Assembly: GCA_900498135.1 (NCBI GenBank)
Contig: LR026961.1
Coordinates: 836,373 to 868,372 of the forward strand
Origin: an uncultured Desulfatiglans sp.
GTDB lineage: Bacteria; Desulfobacterota; DSM-4660; Desulfatiglandales; Desulfatiglandaceae
Reading direction: 5' to 3'
DNA: 32,000 nucleotides
The notes under the pieces were generated by a model, which saw only the letters and a list, made by a program, of their open reading frames with translations, was not told the DNA's origin and ran no database searches. Both the position numbers and the translations under genes were made by a program. The first letter of the stretch is position 1. Each line of letters starts with the position of its first letter. Positions 25,472-32,000 of this stretch are shown piece after piece.

Positions 25472-26362
25472 ATGAACATAGGTATCCTGAGTGCCAGAGA
25501 TCGCAACTACCATCCGAACCGAAGGCTCCTCGAGGCCTCCCGTGAACGCGGACACGAAGCCCATCTCATCCATCCGAAGGACTGCCGCTCCCTCCTTGCG
25601 CGTGGAGGTATGACGATCGAAGGCCCCGGCATCAGGCCGGAGGTGCTTCTGCCCCGCATCGGGGCCACCATCAACGATTATGCCCTCGCCCTGATCAGGC
25701 ATTTTGAACTCTCGGGAACGCAACTCATCAACGGCTTTCCGGCCATCGCCCTCACTCGCGACAAATTCCTAGGGCTGCAGACCCTCGCGGCGGGCGGCAT
25801 CCCTGTGCCCCGGTCGATACTGGTCAGCAATCGCGGGAACCTCGAACGGGCGGTCGAAGACCTCGGCGGCTGTCCAGTCGTGGTCAAAACCCTCCGAAGC
25901 CGCCAGGGCGAAGGGGTCTTTCTGCTCGAACATCCTTCGGACGGCGCAGAACTCGTAGAAAGGTTCGATGCGCGAAAGCGCGGATTGCTGGTCCAGGAAT
26001 ACATTCCGCCGGCCGGCAGGATGGACGTGCGTCTCTTTGTCCTGGGAGATCAGATCCCCGCAGCCGCAGCCCTCACCCCCCAGGAGGGGGATTTCCGCGC
26101 CAACATCCATCAGAACGGCCATGCACGCATCTTTGCCCCGGAGCCCGCCCTGGTCGATCTCGCTATCAAGGCCAAAAGGGCGCTCGGGCTGAACATCGCC
26201 GGCGTGGACGTCATCATCGATCGGAACGGCGGCCCATGGGTGATCGAGGTGAACTATTCGCCGGGGTTCAAAGGGCTCGAGGCGGTTTCGGGGCTGGACA
26301 TTGCAGCTGAGATCATCCATTATGTCGAACGGGTGCATGCACGGAAGAACGGAGACCGCTGA
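25472..26362 (+). CDS. RimK-family ATP-grasp ligase (alpha-L-glutamate ligase-like)
   Basis: 296-aa ORF collinear with E. coli RimK from memory: MNIGILSARD..., PRIGATI, ARDKF, VVVKTLRSRQGEGVFL, LVQEYI, DVRLFVLGD, EGDFRANIHQNG, AGVDVI, VIEVNYSPGFKGLE. Confidence 0.9.
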   Translation: MNIGILSARDRNYHPNRRLLEASRERGHEAHLIHPKDCRSLLARGGMTIEGPGIRPEVLLPRIGATINDYALALIRHFELSGTQLINGFPAIALTRDKFLGLQTLAAGGIPVPRSILVSNRGNLERAVEDLGGCPVVVKTLRSRQGEGVFLLEHPSDGAELVERFDARKRGLLVQEYIPPAGRMDVRLFVLGDQIPAAAALTPQEGDFRANIHQNGHARIFAPEPALVDLAIKAKRALGLNIAGVDVIIDRNGGPWVIEVNYSPGFKGLEAVSGLDIAAEIIHYVERVHARKNGDR

Positions 26363-27360
26363 TGAAAATCGCCTTTCTGATGGATCGCCTGGACTCCATC
26401 GACCCCGTCAACGAGACCACCAGCCACCTCATGTACGAATGCAACGAGCGCGGCCACACGGTCTATTTCCTCGAGCCCCACGATGTCTACGTCCGGCAGA
26501 ATGCGGTCCTGGCCCGTATGCGCAATGTCACGGTCGAACCGGGTCTCTCGATCCGCCGCTACTGGAGGGCGCTCATCCGGTGCATGAAAAAGGACGAACT
26601 CATCTTCGAAAGCGTGACGGAACTCGACGCCCTCTTTCTCCGCAAGAACCCGCCCCTGGTCTACCAGACCATGGAGTTCCTGGCGCCGGTCAACAACCGG
26701 GTCTTCATGATCAACAGCACCCGCGGCCAGATCCTTGCCAACAGCAAGCTTTACACGCTGAATTTCCCGGATATCATCCCACAGACGCACATCTCCCGTG
26801 ACCCCGTCCGCCTCAAAAAGATCATCGACGACTTCGGCGGCGCCATGGTCGTCAAACCCCTGCAGCGGTTCGGCGGGGAGGGTGTCATCAAGGTCAGCGT
26901 CCGCGACCGCGAAAACCTGATCTCCCTCATCAACTACTATGTCCGGACCTATCAGGCATACCCCAACCGGGAACCGATCATGGTCCAGGAATATCTGGAT
27001 ATCGTCAAGACCGAAGGGGATGTGCGCATCCTGCTCTTGAACGGTGAAATTCTCGGGGCGATGCGCCGAAAACCCCGCCTGGGGGATTTCAGAACGAACA
27101 TTCACGCGGGGGCAAGCGCCCATAAACACGATATCACCCCGCGCGAAAGGGACATCTGTGCTACAATCAGCGAAAGGCTCAGGAGGGACGGGCTCTACTT
27201 CGTGGGGATCGACATCATCGGCGACAAGCTCATCGAGGTCAACTGTGTCAGCCCGGGTGGAATCCCGCGCATCAACCGCCTCAACAACGTCCGTCTGGAG
27301 AGGAATGTGATCGATTTTATCGAAACCGAAGTCAGCAAGATGAAACAGGACCACCCGTAG
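26362..27360 (+). CDS. Glutathione synthetase (GshB)-family ATP-grasp ligase
   Basis: 332-aa ORF collinear with E. coli GshB from memory: MKIAFLMDRLDSI..., LRKNPP, VVKPLQRFGGEGVI, GDVRILLLNGE, FRTNIHAGA, LYFVGIDIIGDKLIEVNCVSPGGI. The ATG shares one base with the RimK-like stop (TGATG at 26360-26364). Confidence 0.85.
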   Translation: MKIAFLMDRLDSIDPVNETTSHLMYECNERGHTVYFLEPHDVYVRQNAVLARMRNVTVEPGLSIRRYWRALIRCMKKDELIFESVTELDALFLRKNPPLVYQTMEFLAPVNNRVFMINSTRGQILANSKLYTLNFPDIIPQTHISRDPVRLKKIIDDFGGAMVVKPLQRFGGEGVIKVSVRDRENLISLINYYVRTYQAYPNREPIMVQEYLDIVKTEGDVRILLLNGEILGAMRRKPRLGDFRTNIHAGASAHKHDITPRERDICATISERLRRDGLYFVGIDIIGDKLIEVNCVSPGGIPRINRLNNVRLERNVIDFIETEVSKMKQDHP

Positions 27361-27439
27361 GAAACGGACAACCCATGCGGTGCAGCAGGGAAATCCGTTT
27401 ACCCGGCAAACCACTTTCGGAAGAGAAAGGACCACCGAC

Positions 27440-29167
27440 ATGAAAAACGTCCATTGTTCCAAGAACCTGACAGGTCTGGTGCTCATTCTTCTGCTGGTCG
27501 GCTTTTGCACACTCCCACCCATCTTCACCTCGCCGGCTTCCGCACGCGACATCCTGAAAATAGGACTCCTCGAGGAACCCAAGACGCTCAACATCTGGAT
27601 GGCGAGCGACACGTGGTCCAGCAAGGTGCTCTCTCAAATATATCAACCTCTATACATCCGCGAGCCGGAGAACCTGGATCTGATCCCCTGGCTTGCCGAA
27701 AGCGATCCCGTTTACAACGAGGCAGAACTCTCCTACACCGTGACCCTCAGACCGGCCAAATGGTCAGACGGCACCAAAGTCACCGCTGAGGACGTGATAT
27801 TTACGGGTGAGTTCATCCAGGAATTCAAGATCCCCCGCTATGCCTCCTATTTCAAGTTCGTCAAGAAGATAGAGGCGTTGGATCAAAGGACCGTCCGGTA
27901 TCACCTCGAGAAGCCCCAGGCCATCTTTCTCAGCCGGACCCTGACCACGCCGATCGTCCAGAAAAGGCAATGGATGCCCATCGTGAACGACATCCGGGGG
28001 AAAGACAAACCGCTGGCCGAGATTATCAATGTCAAGATCGATCAGCCGATCGGATGCGGACCTTTCGTCCTGAAGGAGTGGCAGCAGGGGGCCTATATCT
28101 TCATGGCAACCAATCCCGACTTTTTCGGCCGGAACCTCACCATTGCCGACCACAAACTCGGTCCGTACATCGACGGAATCATCTTCAAAGTTTTCGGCAC
28201 ATCGGATGCCGCGATCCTCGCGCTCAAGAAGGGCACGATAGACATGTTCTGGTGGGGGATCCAGGCGGGTTATATCGAGGACCTCAAGAGGCAGAAGACG
28301 GTGGAGATCCACACGAACGACAAAAGTGCACTCTATTACCTGGGGTTCAATGTCAGGAAGGCCCCTTTCAGCGATCCCGCCCTACGCCGGGCCATCGCTA
28401 CGCTGATCGACAAAGACTTCATCATCACACGGATCCTGCAAGGATACGCCATAGAACTGGACTCCGTCGTTCCTCCCGGCAACCGTTTCTGGCACTGCCC
28501 GAATGTCCCGTCCTACGGCAAGGGGCTGTCAAGAAATGAGCGGATCAAAGCGGCTTACGACATCCTCAAAAACGCGGGATACACATGGGACATCCCCCCG
28601 GTCGATCCGAAGGGGAAGATCAGCGCCGCCAAAGGCCTGCGCCTGCCCGAAGGCAAACCCATGGAGGGCTTCACGATCCTGACGCCTCCGGCCGACTACG
28701 ATCCGAACCGGGCGATGACCGGCATGATCGTCCAGGAGTGGCTGCGTCAGATAGGGATGCCCGCTACTTCGAGGCCTATGGCGTTCGGCGCGCTCATCGA
28801 CCAGGTCAAGAGCCGGCACGATTTCGATGCCTTCGTCCTCGGCTACGGGAAGCTTTCCCTCGACCCGGACTACATCCGGAACTTTTTCTCATCCAGCAAC
28901 GATAAGTCGAAAGGGAGCAACATGAGCGGATACCGCAACCCCGAGTTCGATCGGATCGCCGAGGAATCCGCCGCCACCATGGACGCGAAGAAGCGTCAGG
29001 ACCTCGTTTGGAAGATGCAAAGCATCATCCTGGAGGATGTCCCCTATCTCCCCATTTACAACCCGAAGGTTGTCGAGGCGGTGCGCAACGACCACTTCAA
29101 GGGATGGATCGATATGATCGAAGGCATCGGGAACCACTGGTCTTTCTGCCTCGTCGAACCCCGTTGA
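27440..29167 (+). CDS. ABC transporter substrate-binding protein, family 5 (peptide/nickel, OppA/DppA-like)
   Basis: I moved the start to ATG 27440 (MKNVHCSKNLTGLVLILLLVGF...ASA|RD signal peptide), about 9 nt after AGAGAAAGGA. Length and sequence pattern are typical of SBP family 5. Confidence 0.9.
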   Translation: MKNVHCSKNLTGLVLILLLVGFCTLPPIFTSPASARDILKIGLLEEPKTLNIWMASDTWSSKVLSQIYQPLYIREPENLDLIPWLAESDPVYNEAELSYTVTLRPAKWSDGTKVTAEDVIFTGEFIQEFKIPRYASYFKFVKKIEALDQRTVRYHLEKPQAIFLSRTLTTPIVQKRQWMPIVNDIRGKDKPLAEIINVKIDQPIGCGPFVLKEWQQGAYIFMATNPDFFGRNLTIADHKLGPYIDGIIFKVFGTSDAAILALKKGTIDMFWWGIQAGYIEDLKRQKTVEIHTNDKSALYYLGFNVRKAPFSDPALRRAIATLIDKDFIITRILQGYAIELDSVVPPGNRFWHCPNVPSYGKGLSRNERIKAAYDILKNAGYTWDIPPVDPKGKISAAKGLRLPEGKPMEGFTILTPPADYDPNRAMTGMIVQEWLRQIGMPATSRPMAFGALIDQVKSRHDFDAFVLGYGKLSLDPDYIRNFFSSSNDKSKGSNMSGYRNPEFDRIAEESAATMDAKKRQDLVWKMQSIILEDVPYLPIYNPKVVEAVRNDHFKGWIDMIEGIGNHWSFCLVEPR

Positions 29168-29281
29168 GTGCGCTTCGACCCTTTGAGTGAAGTCGATCTG
29201 TTTCAAAGTGGATGCGGCGGATTGCGCAGCCGCAGCCGGTGAAAAACCCGCGCCCTGCTGCGCAGCCGTTAGGCGAACAGC

Positions 29282-29307
29282 AAAACATCTCGGGAAACGG
29301 ATGTTTT
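29282..29307 (+). terminator. Intra-operon hairpin after the binding-protein gene (possible attenuator or mRNA-stabilising stem-loop)
   Basis: aaaacatc (29282-29289) pairs with gatgtttt (29300-29307), an 8-bp stem with a 10-nt loop. It lies in the 172-nt gap between the SBP and first permease genes. There is no extended U-tract beyond the stem. Confidence 0.3.
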
Positions 29308-29339
29308 AAGGCGAAAACCCGAGCAAATCCGGATCGAAC

Positions 29340-30317
29340 ATGGAATTGCGACGCTACGTCCTCAAGAGGCTGTTTCAGATCATCATCATCTTTTTCATCA
29401 TCCTGACGGTCCTCTTCCTGCTGTTCCGGCTGGCCCCCGGCGATCCGGTCTCCCGTATGATCGATCCAGACATGACCGCCGAGGATGCCCGGCATCTCAT
29501 GCAGCAGCTCGGGCTGGACCAACCCCTTGGAGTTCAATACCTCTACTACGTCAAAAATTTCTTTACGGGAAACTTCGGATTTTCTTTCCATTACGGGCAG
29601 CCCGTCATCCGCATCATCGCCGACAGGCTGCCCAACACCGTCCTGCTGTTCACGACTTCGATCGTCCTGGCGGCCTTCGCCGGTGTTTTTCTGGGCAAGA
29701 TCGCTTCCTGGCACAAAGGACGCAGCCTCGATACCACCATGACGCTCGGCGCCCTGGTGACCCATACCCTGTTTCTGCCCTGGCTCGCCCTGATCCTCAT
29801 CTGGGTGTTCGCCTACAAACTGGGCTGGTTCCCCATCAACGGAATGATCTCTGAGGAGATCTGGCTCGATCCCGATGCGGGTTTGTGGCTCAAAACCCTC
29901 GATGTGGCTCACCACATGGTCCTCCCTTTAGGGACGCTGTTTTTGATTCACTTCGGCAGTTATCTTCTCATCATGCGCAGCAGCATGCTCGAGACGCTGA
30001 AGGAAGACTACATCCTGACTGCGCGTGCCAAAGGACTTACGGAAAAGACGATCCGCAACCGCCATGCCGCCCCCAACGCCGCCCTGCCGGTGGTCACCAG
30101 TGTAGGCCTCAGTCTGGCGTTTTCAATCAACGGAGGAGCCTTGACGGAGACCGTCTTCACCTGGCCCGGCATCGGCCGGGAGTTGGTCTTCTCCGTCAGC
30201 CACAACGATTACCCTCTGGCTCAGGCGTCCTTCCTGCTCATCGCCACGGTCGTCCTCCTGTCCAATCTCGTGGTCGATGTGCTTTACGCCTATCTGGACC
30301 CCCGGATCCGGTACTGA
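29340..30317 (+). CDS. ABC transporter permease (DppB/OppB-like)
   Basis: 325-aa polytopic ORF with a typical N-terminus (YVLKRLFQIIIIFFIILTVLFLLFRLAPGDPV) and the binding-protein-dependent transport inner-membrane pattern. Confidence 0.9.
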   Translation: MELRRYVLKRLFQIIIIFFIILTVLFLLFRLAPGDPVSRMIDPDMTAEDARHLMQQLGLDQPLGVQYLYYVKNFFTGNFGFSFHYGQPVIRIIADRLPNTVLLFTTSIVLAAFAGVFLGKIASWHKGRSLDTTMTLGALVTHTLFLPWLALILIWVFAYKLGWFPINGMISEEIWLDPDAGLWLKTLDVAHHMVLPLGTLFLIHFGSYLLIMRSSMLETLKEDYILTARAKGLTEKTIRNRHAAPNAALPVVTSVGLSLAFSINGGALTETVFTWPGIGRELVFSVSHNDYPLAQASFLLIATVVLLSNLVVDVLYAYLDPRIRY

Positions 30318-30349
30318 ACCGGGACCCGTTCCGCAAGGATGGAATACGC

Positions 30350-31282
30350 ATGAAACGTCATCCGGATCGACCAAGAGAAACAGGGGGCATGCGCTCGGGC
30401 TGGGGCGGCCGTCTCCGTGAAAACTGGGTGATTTTCAGGCAAAACCTTCTGGGGAAGCTCGGAATGATCCTGTTGGTCTGCTTCGGGCTGATGGCGATCA
30501 CGAGCTTCATCCCGCCGCTGATCGATCCAATGTACGACCCCATGACCGGCGTCGACCCCGAAATCATCAGTTCCACCGGGCCGAGCGCACGGCATTGGCT
30601 GGGGACCGATTTCATGGGGAGGGACATCTTGAGCCAGCTTTTGGCCGGTGCAAGGGTGGCCTTCATGGTCGGGGTGTCCGCCGCCTTCATGAGCATCTTT
30701 CTCGGCACCGCCATCGGGATGGTCGCAGGGTATGCAGGCCGGTTCATCGACACCCTTCTGATGCGGGCAGCCGACATCATCATGGTCATGCCGACCCTCC
30801 TGGTGGTGTTGATCCTTTCCTCCCTTTTCGGGCAGCTGAATATCTGGACCATCGTCCTGATCATCGCCCTGTTCCGCTGGCCGGGTGTGTCGCGTGTCAT
30901 CAGGGCCCAGACCCTTTCCTTGAAGAATCGACCCTTCATCGAGGCCGCCCGTGTCGCAGGCGCATCGCACCTGAGGATCGTCTTCCGCCACATCATGCCC
31001 AATGTCCTGCCGCTTTCCTTCCTTTACATGACCTTCAGGGTGACCTCGGCCATCATCATCGAAGCCGCGCTCGCCTTTCTCGGGTTTGGAGACCCGGGGA
31101 CCGTCAGCTGGGGGATGATGCTCCAGTGGGTATGGAAGACCGGGCATATGTTCAAGGCCCCTTATTGGCTCTTGCCACCGGGCCTGTGCATCTCCCTGAT
31201 CACCCTGTCATTCTACATGCTGGGTCGTGCGATGGACGAAGTCCTCGACCCGAGGCTCAGAAAGGAGGGACAGGCCGAGTAA
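30350..31282 (+). CDS. ABC transporter permease (DppC/OppC-like)
   Basis: I set the start at ATG 30350 (MKRHPDRP...), after AAGGATGG. The longer track ORF from 29885 overlaps the previous permease. EAA-loop motif IEAARVAGASHLRIVFRHIMPNVLP. Confidence 0.9.
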   Translation: MKRHPDRPRETGGMRSGWGGRLRENWVIFRQNLLGKLGMILLVCFGLMAITSFIPPLIDPMYDPMTGVDPEIISSTGPSARHWLGTDFMGRDILSQLLAGARVAFMVGVSAAFMSIFLGTAIGMVAGYAGRFIDTLLMRAADIIMVMPTLLVVLILSSLFGQLNIWTIVLIIALFRWPGVSRVIRAQTLSLKNRPFIEAARVAGASHLRIVFRHIMPNVLPLSFLYMTFRVTSAIIIEAALAFLGFGDPGTVSWGMMLQWVWKTGHMFKAPYWLLPPGLCISLITLSFYMLGRAMDEVLDPRLRKEGQAE

Positions 31283-31283
31283 G

Positions 31284-32000
31284 ATGCCACTCCTCGAGGT
31301 CGAAAATCTCAGCATCGGCTATCATACCCGCAAAGGCTTCCGCAGGGCGGTCGAGAAGGTTTCCTTCTCCCTGGATGCCGGCCGGTCCCTCGGATTCGTC
31401 GGGGAATCGGGCTGTGGTAAAACCACCCTCGGCATGGGGCTCATGCGGCTCCTGCCGCCTAATGCCGTGATCACCGAGGGCCGTGTGACGTTCGATGGCA
31501 CAGACCTCCTCGATCTGCTCGAAGACGAAATGCGCCAAATCCGCTGGAACAAGATCTCCATGATCTTCCAGGCCGCGATGAATGCCCTCAACCCGGTTCA
31601 CCGGGTAGCCAACCAGATCGCTGAGGCCATTATGGCCCACTCCGCAGGTATGCATAAGGCGGAAGCCAACCGGAAGGTCGAGGCGTTATTCCAGTTGGTC
31701 GGCATTCCGAAAAACCGGATGCGCGACTACCCCCACCAGTACAGCGGGGGAATGAAACAGCGGGCGATCATCGCCATGGCGCTGGCCTGCAGGCCCAAAC
31801 TGATCATCGCCGACGAGCCTACCACCGCCTTGGATGTCATCGTACAGGACCAGATCCTCGAAGAGACCCGCAACCTGCAGAAGGAATTCGGCGTCGCCAT
31901 CATCTTCATCTCCCACGACATCGCCATCGTGGCGGATGTGTGCCACGACATCGGGATCATGTACGCCGGGCAGCTCGTGGAATACGGGCCAAGAACCGAG
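31284..32000 (+). CDS. ABC transporter ATP-binding protein (DppD/OppD-like), 3'-truncated by window end
   Basis: My own translation from ATG 31284: MPLLEVENLSIGYHTRKG.... Walker A GESGCGKTT, signature YSGGMKQR, Walker B LIIADEPTTALD. The frame stays open to the last base of the window. Confidence 0.9.
   Translation, partial: MPLLEVENLSIGYHTRKGFRRAVEKVSFSLDAGRSLGFVGESGCGKTTLGMGLMRLLPPNAVITEGRVTFDGTDLLDLLEDEMRQIRWNKISMIFQAAMNALNPVHRVANQIAEAIMAHSAGMHKAEANRKVEALFQLVGIPKNRMRDYPHQYSGGMKQRAIIAMALACRPKLIIADEPTTALDVIVQDQILEETRNLQKEFGVAIIFISHDIAIVADVCHDIGIMYAGQLVEYGPRTE

Noticed and set aside
29212-29406. A 64-aa ORF in the gap between the binding-protein and permease genes, considered as a possible precursor peptide for the neighbouring modification enzymes.
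   Set aside because: It has no ribosome-binding site and runs out of frame into the permease gene. Its composition is Arg/Pro/Ser-rich and atypical of a leader/core peptide. The gap is better explained by the stem-loop at 29282-29307.
7257-31147. Other long ORFs opposite annotated genes: 7257-8828(+), 11273-12250(-), 19658-20977(-), 22113-23120(+), 22807-24177(+), 26320-27624(-), 29097-29915(-), 30290-31147(-).
   Set aside because: For those I checked (7257, 11273, 19658, 22113, 22807, 26320), the ORF is in the identical triplet register to the recognisable gene on the other strand. All give Arg/Gly/Pro/Asp-rich translations with no domain signatures. They are treated as shadow ORFs of a GC-rich genome.

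Overview
This is a GC-rich (about 60% by eye) bacterial chromosomal segment. The gene content (sigma54 enhancer-binding regulator, several radical SAM enzymes, a CGGC-domain protein, TypA, end of the dcw cluster) suggests an anaerobic deltaproteobacterium-like organism, but that is inference only.

Gene order:
- ftsZ and a TIGR03960-like radical SAM gene (+).
- A convergent lipoprotein gene (-).
- A single AT-rich, probably horizontally acquired gene for a stand-alone E2-type acyltransferase catalytic domain (-).
- About 1 kb of non-coding modular repeats.
- A GloB-like MBL hydrolase (+).
- A minus-strand operon: typA, then a rhomboid protease with a DnaJ-C-like tail, then a PhnP-like MBL hydrolase.
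- More repeats, then a TrpF-like isomerase (+) convergent with a CGGC-domain protein (-).
- More repeats, then a sensor histidine kinase plus sigma54 (NtrC-type) response regulator.
- A membrane sensor class III nucleotidyl cyclase, followed directly by a 1078-aa TLC-like transporter / HEAT-repeat / cNMP-binding protein.
- A divergent cluster. On the minus strand: a SPASM/twitch radical SAM and a B12-type radical SAM fused to a GNAT. On the plus strand: a RimK-type and a GshB-type ATP-grasp ligase (translationally coupled), then a family-5 peptide-type ABC importer (binding protein, two permeases, ATPase truncated at the window end).

Most interesting observations:
1. The radical SAM / GNAT / SPASM plus double ATP-grasp plus ABC cluster is a candidate uncharacterised peptide or amino-acid-derived metabolite pathway. 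No precursor ORF is visible.
2. The sensor cyclase is paired with a cNMP-binding transporter-like protein, downstream of a sigma54 two-component system.
3. A modular, nested-palindromic repeat family (unit about 143 nt) occurs at four or more intergenic loci in the first 13.5 kb. Its terminal TTTCC-N4/5-GGAAA box always lies 31-46 nt upstream of a start codon.

Many long ORFs in the six-frame track are antisense shadows in the same codon register as the real genes, and I rejected them.
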